Counted from the first letter of the stretch, positions 9,240 to 19,670 are shown. The stretch: 64,000 bases of DNA from a bacterium (GCA_041946805.1 JBHGBC010000005.1:1-64000); one strand, 5' to 3'. A program made the numbers and translations. Notes: generated by a model from the sequence alone, not told the origin.

Positions 9240-11108
9240 GTGCCGGAATCCTGGATTCCCCTGGCCCAGCTCGACACCAACCTCCTGCGCGAGAACCTCG
9301 CCTACGTCCGGGCCCACCATCCCGAACTGGCCCAGGCCCTGGCCGGCGCGGCGAACGGCGAACCGTTGCTCTTTCTGCCCCGGGACGGCTACATCCTCTG
9401 CCGCACGGCCTCCAGCGCGCCGCAATGGATCTTCGGCGCGGCCGGCTCCCGCCCGGAACTCCTCCAGATCCGCCAGGACATCCAGAATCTCCCACCCGGC
9501 GCGCAACTCGTGATTCTGGCCGGGAGCGCCATCGGGTACGCCCTGGCTCCTCTCCTGCCCGCGCTGCTCGACCACCCCACAAGACATATCCTCGTGGTGG
9601 AACCCAGCGCCGCCCGTGTTCAGGCCTGCCTGGCTTTCCTCGATGTCCGCGCGGCCATGAACACCGGCCGGCTGCATTTTTCCATCCAATCCGGATCGGC
9701 GGACGGCATTCTCGCCGCGATCCAGGAGCTCAATCTCTGGGGACTTAATCCCCTGGCGGTCTACCGGCCGCCTCATTCGCGGTTGAATCTCGATCCCGGG
9801 GAGCTGGACGCACGGTATCAGAAAATGTCCGCGGAGAAAGCGGGCCGCCGGGAGGAAATCCTGCTCTCCCTCTCCCAAAAACCGGAAACCGCAGACCGTC
9901 CCGTCATCCAGCGCGTCCTGTTTCTCGATTGCTGGCCCGGCGCTCCGGGAAGCATGCACGCGCAGGCCATCGGGCGGGAGCTGCGGGCCCTGGGCATCGA
10001 AAGCCGCGTCCTGCCTCTCAACCGCTACCGCATCGAAGCCGAGGGGCGCGCCTACCGCCGCCGGTACGAACCCCAGTTGCTCGCGCTGCTCGATGCATTC
10101 GCGCCCGACTTGATCGTCAGCTACGGCTACCACGCCCCCGTGCTGGTGGAGCGGGATCTGTACGACCGCGTCCCGGCCCGCTGGCTGCAGGTGGTGACCA
10201 CCGTCGCCTATTTCGACACGGCCGGCTACTTTCCCGGCGAGCACACGGGCCTGATCGACCGCCACTTGATCCCCATTTATCAACGCCGGGGCGCGCCGCA
10301 TCCCTTTTATTTGCCCCTGATGGCCAATTACGTGGCCGAGCAGCCGCCGATCCCGGACCGCCGGTTCCCCGTCGTGTTCGTCGGCAACTCGTTCGGCTTG
10401 CCCGCCGCGGAAACGGCCCATTTTCACAACCGCTGGCAGGGACGGCCCCGGCTGCAACAATACATCGCCCAGGCTGAACACGATCTGAGCCGCTTCGATC
10501 CCGCCGTGCATCTCTACAATTTCCTCGAGGCCCAGCCCATTCCCGAGGTCTCCACGCCGGAAGAAGAATACGCCGTGTTCCGCTATCTCTACTGCCAGGG
10601 AACCGCCGCCCGCCGCCGCCGGCTGCTGGAGAGGATCGCACCGTACGGCCTGCACATCTTCGGCGGGGATTGGCGGAACTATCTCCCGCCCGACTCGCCC
10701 CTGCTCGCCACCCTGCACGGGTATATTCCCATCCATGAGGAAGTGAAGATTTTCCAATACGGGCATATCTTCGTGAACCTGCACACCATCGGCCACGTCA
10801 CCGGCCCCAACATGCGCTTCTTCAACGTGCCGGGGATGGGGGGATTCCAAATCAGCGACGTCATCGGTTTTTCCACGTTTCTCGAGCCCGATACCGAAAC
10901 CGTCTATTACACCTCCGAGGACGAATTCGCCGAGCGCGTGCGGTATTACCGGGAGCATCCCGCCGAGGCGGATGAAATCCGTCTGCGGGGATATGAGCGG
11001 GTGAAGAAGGATTGGACCTACCAAACCTGGATCGCACAAGTTTTTCAAGAGCTCGGCCTGCGCGCCCCCGGCGAAGCCTCGGCGGGCCACGAATCCCCAT
11101 CTTCATGA
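9240..11108 (+). CDS. Glycosyltransferase, CgeB/DUF3880-like C-terminal domain with Maf-like N-terminus
   Basis: N-terminal NLAYVR..HPEL and GSAIGY..ILVVEPS (Maf-like); C-terminal VVFVGN, VNLH, NMRFFNVPGMGGFQISD and YYREHP..R..GYERV. Confidence 0.75.
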   Translation: MPESWIPLAQLDTNLLRENLAYVRAHHPELAQALAGAANGEPLLFLPRDGYILCRTASSAPQWIFGAAGSRPELLQIRQDIQNLPPGAQLVILAGSAIGYALAPLLPALLDHPTRHILVVEPSAARVQACLAFLDVRAAMNTGRLHFSIQSGSADGILAAIQELNLWGLNPLAVYRPPHSRLNLDPGELDARYQKMSAEKAGRREEILLSLSQKPETADRPVIQRVLFLDCWPGAPGSMHAQAIGRELRALGIESRVLPLNRYRIEAEGRAYRRRYEPQLLALLDAFAPDLIVSYGYHAPVLVERDLYDRVPARWLQVVTTVAYFDTAGYFPGEHTGLIDRHLIPIYQRRGAPHPFYLPLMANYVAEQPPIPDRRFPVVFVGNSFGLPAAETAHFHNRWQGRPRLQQYIAQAEHDLSRFDPAVHLYNFLEAQPIPEVSTPEEEYAVFRYLYCQGTAARRRRLLERIAPYGLHIFGGDWRNYLPPDSPLLATLHGYIPIHEEVKIFQYGHIFVNLHTIGHVTGPNMRFFNVPGMGGFQISDVIGFSTFLEPDTETVYYTSEDEFAERVRYYREHPAEADEIRLRGYERVKKDWTYQTWIAQVFQELGLRAPGEASAGHESPSS

Positions 11109-12991
11109 ACTGGCAGCCGCTCTCCGGACATCATTTCGAACAGCTGGAGCGGAATCGCGAACAGCTCCAGGCCCTCCGCCCGGATTTCTACCGCGAACTG
11201 GGCGATTTGCGCCCATTCGCCGCCGGCCTGGAATGCTGGATGGATGGCGATGTGATTCGGGGTGTGCGGAGTCATCCAGCCGGTCAAATCCGCCTGCTCT
11301 TTCCACCCGGAAACGGGGCGGCCCTGGTGGAAGAACAACGCCGGACCCTCGAAACGCAATGCGCCCGGGGCGCGCGCTTCCTCGTCGTGTCCGGCATCGG
11401 TATCGGCCAGGTGATGGAAGCCCTCCTCGATCAAGTCAACCGGTATCCCCGGGCCGCCGCGGCCGTGCTCGAACCGGACCCCCACGCCTGGGCGGCCTAT
11501 TTCGCGCTGGGCAACGCCCAAGCGGCCCTCCGCGATGAACGCCTCCTCTGGTTCGGCGGAAACGATCCGCGCGAGCGGTTGAAGGCTTATCTGCTTGAGC
11601 AATATCTCTTTCTGCTTCCTGCGCAAAATATACAGTATCTCCTCGGCGCGTTGCCCGCCGATCCGGCCGTCTCACGCGCGTATGTGGAACAAGCCCAGGC
11701 CGCCGCCCGGGGTATTCAACAAATGGCCGCGGATTATGCACCGGTCATCGAAGGCTGCATCCAGCGGCTCCGGATGCCTCGGAGGACCGCGCCATGCTCC
11801 ATCTGGTGCTGCGTGGATAAAAATTCGTACATTCATTTCCCGCTCGCCCGGGCGGTGTTGCATGGATTTCAGGAACTGGGCCTGCGCGCGCACATGAATG
11901 GGATGGACGCGTCCTTCGGCTCGGCGCTCCGGATTCTCGGGAACCACTTCGAAACCGTGCCGGATCTCTATTTCGGCCTGAACCTGTGGCCCGGCTCGGT
12001 GCTGGCCGACCTGGGACTTTCGCCCGCGATTGTCCGCGCGATCCAACGCCCGCGCGCGTGCTGGATGGTGGACGACATCACCCTCTACGAAGACCAGGGG
12101 CCGCTGGTGGAATTGGATGAATGGGATTGGACCTTCTGCATCGACCGGACGTATCTCCCCCGCGCGCGGCGGCAAGGCGGCCACGCGGCGTTTCTGCCTC
12201 CCGCCGCCATGGTTGCCGGGCCGGGTAAAGTCCGTGAGCCGTTCCTCGCCCCGCTGTCGTATGTCGGCTCGCTGCCGGACGTGGACGGTTATCTTCAGCG
12301 TCTGCCGCCAGCGTGCCGCGAAATGCTGGAACGCCTCGATCCCCTGCGCCAAGCCGAGCACCGCCGCTCCTTCCAAGAGCTATTACACTCGCTCGAGCCG
12401 GCTCCGGACCAATGGAACCGGATCAGGGAGACGGCGCGCGCCTTTTGCGCCTCCACGCCCAAGGGCTACACCGGTTCCGCGGCCATGCTGGAGTACTTTC
12501 TCTACAACGCCGCCACGTATTTCAAACGCAAAAAAACCGTGTTGGCCTTGCTGCCCCTCGGATTGAAAGTCTTCGGCCCCGCTTCGTGGCGCGCGGCGCT
12601 GCCGGATCCATATTCCCACCGCTACGGCGGATTCGCCGCGTCCGAAGACCTCGCCGACGCCTACGCCTCCGCCCGCCTCAGCCTGAACCTCCACAGCCAC
12701 CAATGCCCCACCTGCCTGAATCCCCGCGATTTCGACGTCCCCATGGCCGGCGGCGTTGTGCTCGGCGACTGGGTGGAAGACGCGGACCGGGGCCTGCTCG
12801 AACCGGGCCGCGAGATGCTCGTCTACCGGACGGTGGAAGAAGCCGCGGATCTCGCCCGGCGCTATCTGGCCGATCCCGCCGCGCTCGAGGCGCTCCGCCG
12901 CCAAGGCCAGGAACGCGTCCGGCGCGATCACACCTACGCCCGCCGCGCCCGGGACATGCTGGCGATGATGGGATACAACAAATCCTCCTGA
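11105..12991 (+). CDS. Glycosyltransferase, CgeB/DUF3880-like with Maf-like N-terminus (same architecture as upstream gene)
   Basis: ATGA overlap at 11105; GIGIG..AVLEPD; LSYVGS; SLNLHS..LNPRDFDVPMAGG; RVRRDHTY..RA. Confidence 0.78.
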   Translation: MNWQPLSGHHFEQLERNREQLQALRPDFYRELGDLRPFAAGLECWMDGDVIRGVRSHPAGQIRLLFPPGNGAALVEEQRRTLETQCARGARFLVVSGIGIGQVMEALLDQVNRYPRAAAAVLEPDPHAWAAYFALGNAQAALRDERLLWFGGNDPRERLKAYLLEQYLFLLPAQNIQYLLGALPADPAVSRAYVEQAQAAARGIQQMAADYAPVIEGCIQRLRMPRRTAPCSIWCCVDKNSYIHFPLARAVLHGFQELGLRAHMNGMDASFGSALRILGNHFETVPDLYFGLNLWPGSVLADLGLSPAIVRAIQRPRACWMVDDITLYEDQGPLVELDEWDWTFCIDRTYLPRARRQGGHAAFLPPAAMVAGPGKVREPFLAPLSYVGSLPDVDGYLQRLPPACREMLERLDPLRQAEHRRSFQELLHSLEPAPDQWNRIRETARAFCASTPKGYTGSAAMLEYFLYNAATYFKRKKTVLALLPLGLKVFGPASWRAALPDPYSHRYGGFAASEDLADAYASARLSLNLHSHQCPTCLNPRDFDVPMAGGVVLGDWVEDADRGLLEPGREMLVYRTVEEAADLARRYLADPAALEALRRQGQERVRRDHTYARRARDMLAMMGYNKSS

Positions 12992-13208
12992 TCCCCTGCC
13001 CTCATCCTTCCTCGATAAACCATCCTCTTCCCTCTTCTACAGGCCCTCTTCCTCTGGGAAAGGGCCCGGGTGAGGGCATTTGTAGTGCAATCCTCCCGTC
13101 TGCAAACGCCCCGTCGGGGAAATCTAGCAGCCCAAGCCCCATTGGGGCGGCCCTGCTTTAGCCAGGGGTAAAACCTCTGGCAGCAATGCGTAACCCATCC
13201 CGGTCTTG

Positions 13209-13247
13209 GTCATCCTGTCCATCCTGACCATCCTGATTCAGACAAAA
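13209..13247 (+). repeat. 9-bp tandem repeat element (CATCCTGNY)n-ATTCAGACAA, family B
   Basis: Other copies at about 38163-38208 and 41846-41890, remnant near 52604; all in the same orientation. Confidence 0.75.
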
Positions 13248-13318
13248 TGCCCCTATAAACCGCCAGGGCGCGGATGATCCGCGCCCTGGGCCGTGCTCCC
13301 ATGGAAACCGCTTTCCGC

Positions 13319-14356
13319 TCAGCGGAGATTCATGAGCTTCTTCATCAGGAACATTTCCATGCCCTCGTAATCCCGCTTCTGCCGGAACGCGTCCAGCTTC
13401 TTGCGGTCGACACTCCGCGAGATCTTGAGCAGCAAGTTGAACATCTCGAGGCTGTTCTTCAGGTGCATGGTGGCCAGCGCGTCCGGCTGCGTCCGCAGCG
13501 CCTTCACGTCCAGCCCGACGAACTCGCCGTTCAATCCGAAGCCGTTCTGATCCAGCACGTCCACCTGGTTGAAGGCCCGCCGCAAGTTCACGAATCCGAA
13601 CGCGCGGTCCTGGTCGTACTTGAGGCCGTTTTGATCGTTGAGATGCACGCTGCCCAGCTTCTTGTGCCACAGGGCGAAGGCCATGTCATCGGAGGGATCG
13701 AGGCCCGCCAGGATGGAATGCGCCGACTCGATCAGCACACCCACCCGGTCCGGATCGATGGTCTTGTACGCCAGGCTCATGAAATGCCCCACCGTCGGGC
13801 AGAACGATTGATCCATCGGCTCGTTGGGTTTCATCTCGCCCAGAATTCGGACCTCCGGATTGTGCTCCAACAGGATGTTCAGATATTCCACGAACCGCCC
13901 GATCGAGGCCGCCGCGTCCTTGGCCTCGCGCATGTACGTCCCTTCCCGCGCGGGCCAGATGACGATGAGCTTCGTGCCGATCCAGCCGGCGATATCCACC
14001 GCGCGCTTGGAACGGTCGATGGCGTATTGCCGTTCCGGCCGGCTGTTCGACGTGAATCCGCCATCGATGGTGCGTGGATCTTCCCACAGCCGGGGCGCGA
14101 CGAATTCTGGAACCAGGCCCTCGCCTTCCAGCATCTTCCTGACCTTGGCCACGCCCCGCCGCGTTTGCGAGACATCCCAATCGGCGGGCACGATGTCGTC
14201 ATCGTGAAACTGCACGCCCGCGAATCCCAGTTTCTTGTATTCCTTCAGTTTGTTCGCGAACGGGCGTTCCTTCCGGACCGGCGGGCCGAACGGATCGGCT
14301 CCCGCGTGGATGTTCCACGGCCCAAATGAAAAACGGTATGGATCCTTGCGCGCCAT
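13319..14356 (-). CDS. xylA: Xylose isomerase family enzyme
   Basis: FHDDD, WPAREG, EMKPNEP, IESAH and HLNDQNGLKYDQD catalytic/metal motifs. Confidence 0.8.
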   Translation of the reverse strand: MARKDPYRFSFGPWNIHAGADPFGPPVRKERPFANKLKEYKKLGFAGVQFHDDDIVPADWDVSQTRRGVAKVRKMLEGEGLVPEFVAPRLWEDPRTIDGGFTSNSRPERQYAIDRSKRAVDIAGWIGTKLIVIWPAREGTYMREAKDAAASIGRFVEYLNILLEHNPEVRILGEMKPNEPMDQSFCPTVGHFMSLAYKTIDPDRVGVLIESAHSILAGLDPSDDMAFALWHKKLGSVHLNDQNGLKYDQDRAFGFVNLRRAFNQVDVLDQNGFGLNGEFVGLDVKALRTQPDALATMHLKNSLEMFNLLLKISRSVDRKKLDAFRQKRDYEGMEMFLMKKLMNLR

Positions 14357-14522
14357 GATAATCCCTCGCTTTTTTATCAGAATTATTGGATCATTATGGC
14401 ATGAATTGTATATAAATGAAAAGGCGCCGGCCTGAATCCGGCCTTCCCGCCGTTGCCGTTTGGGCTTCCCCCCGCAAGGCCGGTATAATGAGGGATCAGC
14501 CTCTCAACCGGAAGGAGCTCCC

Positions 14523-15107
14523 ATGTCCCGCATTGCGTCCAAGCCGGATTCCCACTACGCCTGGTGGCTGCGCCTGTTCTTCCGCTCCCAGAAAAAACGC
14601 TACGGCCAAACCCTCGAGCCCGCGAAAATCTGGGCGCGCGTCCCCCAACTGTTTCTCGGCGTCGCCACGCTTTACGGCGCGCTCGACCGCCGCTCCTCGC
14701 CCATCGATCCCGTGCTGCGCGCCCTGATCACCGTGCGCGTCTCGCAAATCAATTGGTGCCGCTTCTGCGTGGACATCAACTCCGCCACCGTCCTCCGGCG
14801 CGGCGCGTCCGCGGACAAACTGCGCGGCCTCGAACACTTCCGCGGCAGCCCGCTCTTCACCGAAAAAGAAAAAACCGCCCTCGCCTATGCCGAGGCCATC
14901 ACCTATTCGGACCGCCAGGTGACGGACGAACTCTTCGCGGAGGTCCGGCGGCATTTCTCCGAGGACGAAATCGTGGACCTGACCGGGCTGATCGCCTTTC
15001 AGAATCTCTCCAGCCAATTCAACGCCGCCCTCGACGTGACCCCCCAAGGCTTCTGCCACATCGCCCCCCAACCGCAAGCCGCCTCCTCGCCGGGTTCAAC
15101 CTCCTGA
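14523..15107 (+). CDS. Carboxymuconolactone decarboxylase / AhpD-family protein
   Basis: RVSQINWCRFCVD CxxC motif; AAGGAG RBS before ATG 14523. Confidence 0.88.
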   Translation: MSRIASKPDSHYAWWLRLFFRSQKKRYGQTLEPAKIWARVPQLFLGVATLYGALDRRSSPIDPVLRALITVRVSQINWCRFCVDINSATVLRRGASADKLRGLEHFRGSPLFTEKEKTALAYAEAITYSDRQVTDELFAEVRRHFSEDEIVDLTGLIAFQNLSSQFNAALDVTPQGFCHIAPQPQAASSPGSTS

Positions 15108-15663
15108 ATCCGGAACGGCCGGAACGAACCCCGCGCATCCAGAGCCGCGCAGGAGCGCTTCTTGATTCAGCCCGGACACACCCCCTTGCCGCCACTCCCG
15201 TAATCCACGGTATTACAATTCCCTCAAAATGCGATTACTCCCGTGCCGGTTTTGCGGATTGCGAATCCCGCCGCCCGGGCCCGGCTAGTTCCCCCGGCCC
15301 CTCCCGGTCCGCACCCGGCCGCACGCGCCAGGAGACGCGTATATCGAATAACTTATTGAGATCTAGGACTTTGCACCCTATTCAATCTCCCCCCGCCCCG
15401 TCCTTTTCGAGTCATCCCCCCGAACCGAAACTCATCCTTTCCGGCCACCGGGCCAAGGCCCTCGCCCCATATTTCATTTTGGCATTGTCCTTGCTTATCT
15501 ATTAATCAACATGATGTATATGAGACTTGGGCGCCGATTTCCGCCCGTGACTGGAGTTCGATGAAAAGCGCCCATAAATCACAAAAAAAATCCGGTTTTT
15601 CTTTCCACCCGAAAAACCGGTTTTACCCGAAATCAAGATAGGTTCCACGCTGCACTTGTTGTT

Positions 15664-15689
15664 CCCTCCCCCACGGGAGGGTTTTTTTT
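15664..15689 (+). terminator. Intrinsic terminator
   Basis: CCCTCCC-CCAC-GGGAGGG followed by T8. Confidence 0.8.
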
Positions 15690-15696
15690 AATTCGA

Positions 15697-16275
15697 TTAC
15701 ATCGCCGCCTTCTTGTAACAATAATCGAACAACAACTCCCACTCGCGCCGCTGGATCATCCGGCACAAGGGCCCGGCCGGCGTCTCCACCTGAAGACACT
15801 CCTCGCAGAAGTCAATAAAAGCGCAGGGATCCCATTCCTCCTGCTCAATCAAAAATGCCGGAGAAAAATGGGGATGCGCGCCCGCCATCGTCTTGGCTTC
15901 CCGGCGCAAATGCGCATAGACCGGATGAATCCCCACTTTGCGGAACCAGTATTTGGCGTTGGAAAAGTCCAACTCCCGCCGGTGCATGAATCCATGCCAG
16001 TAACTGCCGCTCGCGGTGGCGATCGTCTGACTGATTTTGTGGGATTGACTCAAATAATCGTGATACAGCCACAGGCCCGACAGACAAGCCTGCGCCATGT
16101 CCCGGTCAACCATCCGCCGCGAGGGAAACAGATCCGCCGCCTGCAAGGCAACCAACCGCTCCTCCACCGCGGTGTTCGGCTCGCCGGGGCCCAATTCGAG
16201 CAGGCGTTGTTTGTCCCACAATCCGGCCACCACCGGACCAAACACGTTGGGATCGAATGAACCGCTCATGCCCAT
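15697..16275 (-). CDS. Conserved hypothetical protein
   Basis: LWLYHDYL..SH.ISQ.I..ASGSYWHGFMHRRE.DFSNAKYWF looks like a conserved core. Start at 16275 or 16269; the longer ORF overlaps the pilin-like gene. Confidence 0.75.
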   Translation of the reverse strand: MGMSGSFDPNVFGPVVAGLWDKQRLLELGPGEPNTAVEERLVALQAADLFPSRRMVDRDMAQACLSGLWLYHDYLSQSHKISQTIATASGSYWHGFMHRRELDFSNAKYWFRKVGIHPVYAHLRREAKTMAGAHPHFSPAFLIEQEEWDPCAFIDFCEECLQVETPAGPLCRMIQRREWELLFDYCYKKAAM

Positions 16276-16355
16276 TCCCCCCGGACCCTGTTTGTTTCCG
16301 CCACGATACCTCCGCCGGACCCTATTGTAGCATGGATTCCCCGCCGGGATCCGGC

Positions 16356-16988
16356 TCAATGCAATCCCGCCAAGCCGCCCGGCGAATAGACGATGTCGCC
16401 CGAACTGAGCAGCCCGTTGCTGACCGCGTACGGATGCGGATTGTACGCGGGCAGGATGTCCTCCGTCTTGTCCGGCCCGGGACTGGTGAGGATGTATTCG
16501 CCGTCGATCCCGGTCCGCGCCATCATGGCCTTCCAGCCTTGCAAATACGTATCCTTGTTCGCCGTCGTCCCCTGGCCCAAAAACGGCTGCCGCCGGCAGG
16601 TACGGTACCGCACGTGCGGATCGCTCCGCGACAACGAGCCCGTGCTTTCTTTCTGCCCATAGATCTTGTATCCCAGATTGAACTCGTCGATGGGCAGCGT
16701 GGTCATGTAGGCCACCGGCGTGGTCAGCGATTCCGGCAGAAACCCCCAACTGTCCCGCTCGCGGGGGCTCAGAAACGAGATGATGCCCAGGGGATACTCG
16801 TTGTGATCGGCGGCGTAAGCCCCGAAAGCCACGCCGATGTTCCGCATGTCGGCGGCCACCCGGGCCAACTTGGCCCGCGTCTGGGCGTTCAGGAAATTCG
16901 GCACGGCGATGGCCGCCAGAATCCCGATGATCGCGACCACGATCAATAACTCGATCAACGTGAAACCCGCGTGACTCTTTCCCCGCAT
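16356..16988 (-). CDS. Prepilin-type N-terminal cleavage/methylation domain protein (GspG/pilin-like)
   Basis: G|FTLIELLIVVAIIGILAAIAVP; AAGGAG RBS; C-terminal S.GPD and SNGL.S.GDI. Confidence 0.9.
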   Translation of the reverse strand: MRGKSHAGFTLIELLIVVAIIGILAAIAVPNFLNAQTRAKLARVAADMRNIGVAFGAYAADHNEYPLGIISFLSPRERDSWGFLPESLTTPVAYMTTLPIDEFNLGYKIYGQKESTGSLSRSDPHVRYRTCRRQPFLGQGTTANKDTYLQGWKAMMARTGIDGEYILTSPGPDKTEDILPAYNPHPYAVSNGLLSSGDIVYSPGGLAGLH

Positions 16989-17323
16989 CGGAGGCTCCTT
17001 CCGTGTGGACTCATCCGCCCAATCGGTTTTATTTCCGGTATTTTCTCTCAAATCCGGCTACGGAGTAAGCCGTCAAAGACCCCGTTGCGGGGAAAAAAGG
17101 AATCCGCGCCCGATTGCTTTTGAATGGCGCTGCCTAACGTGGAAGGGAATATGGCAACGTGCCCCTACTTCACCAGCCACGGCTCCACATTCGTCCAGGG
17201 GGGATTCATCCTGATGAAAACCCTCCCGGATTTCTACTCATCCCATGCCCTATCCGGCTGTATCTATTTATACCTCTCTCTCATGATACAATACCAATAA
17301 CCGCCCGATGGAAAGAGAAGACC

Positions 17324-17590
17324 ATGAATCGTATATCGATCGAACAATATCCCCAGTCTTTCGAGGAAGCCTTGCGGCAGGTGGTTTCAGGTGAGCCGGT
17401 GATAATCACCCAACACGGCAAAGACTTGGCCGCCTTGATACCGATTCAGGACTTACCTTTCTGGAAACGGCTCTTGGAAGAAGAGGAAGACCGATTCGAC
17501 CTGGAAGAAGCCCAGCGCCGTTTATTGGAAGTGAAGGCAGGGGAGTGGGTGCCTCTGAAAGAAGTAAGAAGGAAAGCCGGATTGTTATGA
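17324..17590 (+). CDS. Phd/YefM-family antitoxin
   Basis: GEPVIITQHGKDLAALIP motif; ATGA overlap with the toxin gene; AT-richer DNA. Confidence 0.85.
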   Translation: MNRISIEQYPQSFEEALRQVVSGEPVIITQHGKDLAALIPIQDLPFWKRLLEEEEDRFDLEEAQRRLLEVKAGEWVPLKEVRRKAGLL

Positions 17591-17919
17591 CCCGGTCCAT
17601 GCAACCTGAATACCGGATCGTATTCCTTCCCCACGCCGAAAAAGAGTTTTTGGCTTTACCTAAAGAGATTCAAAAACGAATCGATGCGAAAATTCTCACA
17701 TTACAACGGAATCCCCGTCCTCGGGGAACCAAAGTAATCAATGGATTCTACCGCCTACGGATCGCAGACTACCGTGTCCTCTATGAAATCCGTGATAATG
17801 TGCTGTTGATTATTATTATCCAAATCGGTCATCGCCGGGAAATTTACAAACGTCGGCGGAAAAAAAACATCGGCAATACATATAATAACCGCACGTTGGA
17901 TTATCCCCCCAGCGTGTAA
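17587..17919 (+). CDS. RelE/ParE-family toxin
   Basis: NPRPRGTK..GFYRLRIADYRVLYEI...IGHRREIY. Confidence 0.9.
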   Translation: MTRSMQPEYRIVFLPHAEKEFLALPKEIQKRIDAKILTLQRNPRPRGTKVINGFYRLRIADYRVLYEIRDNVLLIIIIQIGHRREIYKRRRKKNIGNTYNNRTLDYPPSV

Positions 17920-17952
17920 TCCATCGCTCAACAATGACTCATCCAAACAATT

Positions 17953-17973
17953 CTCCACGCCCTCCGCGGTGAA
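17953..17973 (+). repeat. CTCCGCG..CTC(C/G)GCGGTGAA repeat, family C
   Basis: Other copies at about 38211, 41892 and 44821; same orientation. Confidence 0.65.
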
Positions 17974-17999
17974 TCTCCGCCATTCCATTTCCTACCCCA

Positions 18000-19670
18000 T
18001 CAGAACAACCCCTCGATCAACCCGTTGTCCAACAAATCGATCCGCATGGCGGCCGGGTTTTTCGGCAGGCCGGGCATCAGCATGATGTCGCCGGTGATGG
18101 CCACGATGAAGCCCGCGCCCGCCCGGGGTTTGAGGTCCTCGATGTGCAGCGTCCACCCCGTGGGCGCTCCGGTCTTGCGCTTGTCCTCGGTCAGCGACGA
18201 CTGCGTCTTGGCCATGCAGATGGGCAATTCGGAGAGTCCCACCTTTTCGATCTGGTCCAGGCTGCGCTCGGCGGCGGCCGAGTACACCACGCTGCCCGCC
18301 CGGTAGATCTCCTGCGCGATGCGGTTGATCTTGTCCCGGATGGGCAGGTGGCAATTGTACAGCAGCGTGAAGCGCGCCGGCTTCTCCGCGATCGTCTTCA
18401 ACACCGTCTCCGCCAGCTCCACCCCTCCCTTGCCGCCCAGCGCGCATACGTCCGACACCGCCGCCGGAACCCCCATCTCCGCGCAATGATCCCGCAAGGC
18501 GGCGATCTCCTCGTCCGTGTCGGGAGGAAACCGGTTGATGGCCACCACCGCGGGGACGCCGAACTTACGGATGTTGCTCACATGGACGCGCAGGTTGCAG
18601 CACCCTTTCAGCATCGCCTCCACGTTGGGTTCCGTCACCTGGGCAAGCGGCACGCCCCCGTGCATCTTGAGGGCGCGCACACTGGCCACGATCACCGCCG
18701 CGGAGGGAACCAGCCCCGCGGCCCGGCACTTGATGTCAAAAAATTTCTCCGCCCCCAGGTCCGTGCCGAATCCCGCCTCGGTCACGCAATAGTCGGCCAA
18801 CTTGAGGGCCATCTTGGTGGCAATCACGCTGTTGCATCCGTGCGCGATGTTGGCGAACGGCCCACAGTGGATCAGCGCCGGCGTGCCCTCCAGGGTCTGC
18901 ACCAGGTTGGGCTTCACCGCTTCCTTGAGCAACACCATCAGAGATCCGACCGCCCCCAGGTCGCGGGCGAACACCGGCTGCCGGTGCTTGGTGTAGGCCA
19001 CCAGGATCTTCGACAGCCGCTCGCGCAGGCCGGCCAGGTTTTCGGCCAGGGCCAGGACAGCCATGATCTCCGACGCCACGGTGATGACGAAGCCCGTTTC
19101 CTGCGGAAAGCCGTTGGCGCGCCCCCCCAGCCCCACCACCACGTTCCGCAGCTGCCGGTCGGCGATGTCCAACACCCGCGGCCAGAGGATGCTGCCCGCG
19201 TCGATCTCCAACTCGTTGCCATGCTGGATGTGATTGTCAATGAGGGCCGCCAGCAAATTGTGCGCCGAGGTCACCGCGTGGATGTCCCCCGTGAAATGCA
19301 GGTTGATCTCGTCCATCGGCAGGACCTGGGCGTACCCGCCCCCGGCCGCCCCGCCCTTGATCCCGAAGACCGGCCCCAGCGAGGGCTCGCGCAGGCAGAG
19401 GATGTTCTTCTTCCCCAGCACGCCGAAGGCCTGCGCCAGGCCGATGGAAGTCACCGTCTTTCCCTCGCCCGCCGGCGTGGGCGTCATTCCCGTCACCAGG
19501 ATCAATTTCCCGTCCGGCCGCGACGCGTATTGATCCAATACGTTCAGGTGGATTTTGGCCTTGTACCGGCCGTAGTAATCGATGTTGTCCTCGGTCAGCC
19601 CGATGTCCTGGGCCACGTCCAGGATCGGACGCATTTTCACATCACGGGCGATCTCGATGCCGCTCTTCAT
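18000..19670 (-). CDS. fhs: Formate--tetrahydrofolate ligase
   Basis: TPTPAGEGKT, GIKGGAAGGGYAQV, HCGPFANIAHG and EAGFGTDLGAEKF; 556 aa. Confidence 0.97.
   Translation of the reverse strand: MKSGIEIARDVKMRPILDVAQDIGLTEDNIDYYGRYKAKIHLNVLDQYASRPDGKLILVTGMTPTPAGEGKTVTSIGLAQAFGVLGKKNILCLREPSLGPVFGIKGGAAGGGYAQVLPMDEINLHFTGDIHAVTSAHNLLAALIDNHIQHGNELEIDAGSILWPRVLDIADRQLRNVVVGLGGRANGFPQETGFVITVASEIMAVLALAENLAGLRERLSKILVAYTKHRQPVFARDLGAVGSLMVLLKEAVKPNLVQTLEGTPALIHCGPFANIAHGCNSVIATKMALKLADYCVTEAGFGTDLGAEKFFDIKCRAAGLVPSAAVIVASVRALKMHGGVPLAQVTEPNVEAMLKGCCNLRVHVSNIRKFGVPAVVAINRFPPDTDEEIAALRDHCAEMGVPAAVSDVCALGGKGGVELAETVLKTIAEKPARFTLLYNCHLPIRDKINRIAQEIYRAGSVVYSAAAERSLDQIEKVGLSELPICMAKTQSSLTEDKRKTGAPTGWTLHIEDLKPRAGAGFIVAITGDIMLMPGLPKNPAAMRIDLLDNGLIEGLF

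Noticed and set aside
13158..13670. ORFs containing QDGQDGQD or PLPLGEG peptides
   Set aside because: These are translations of intergenic repeat families A and B, not proteins.
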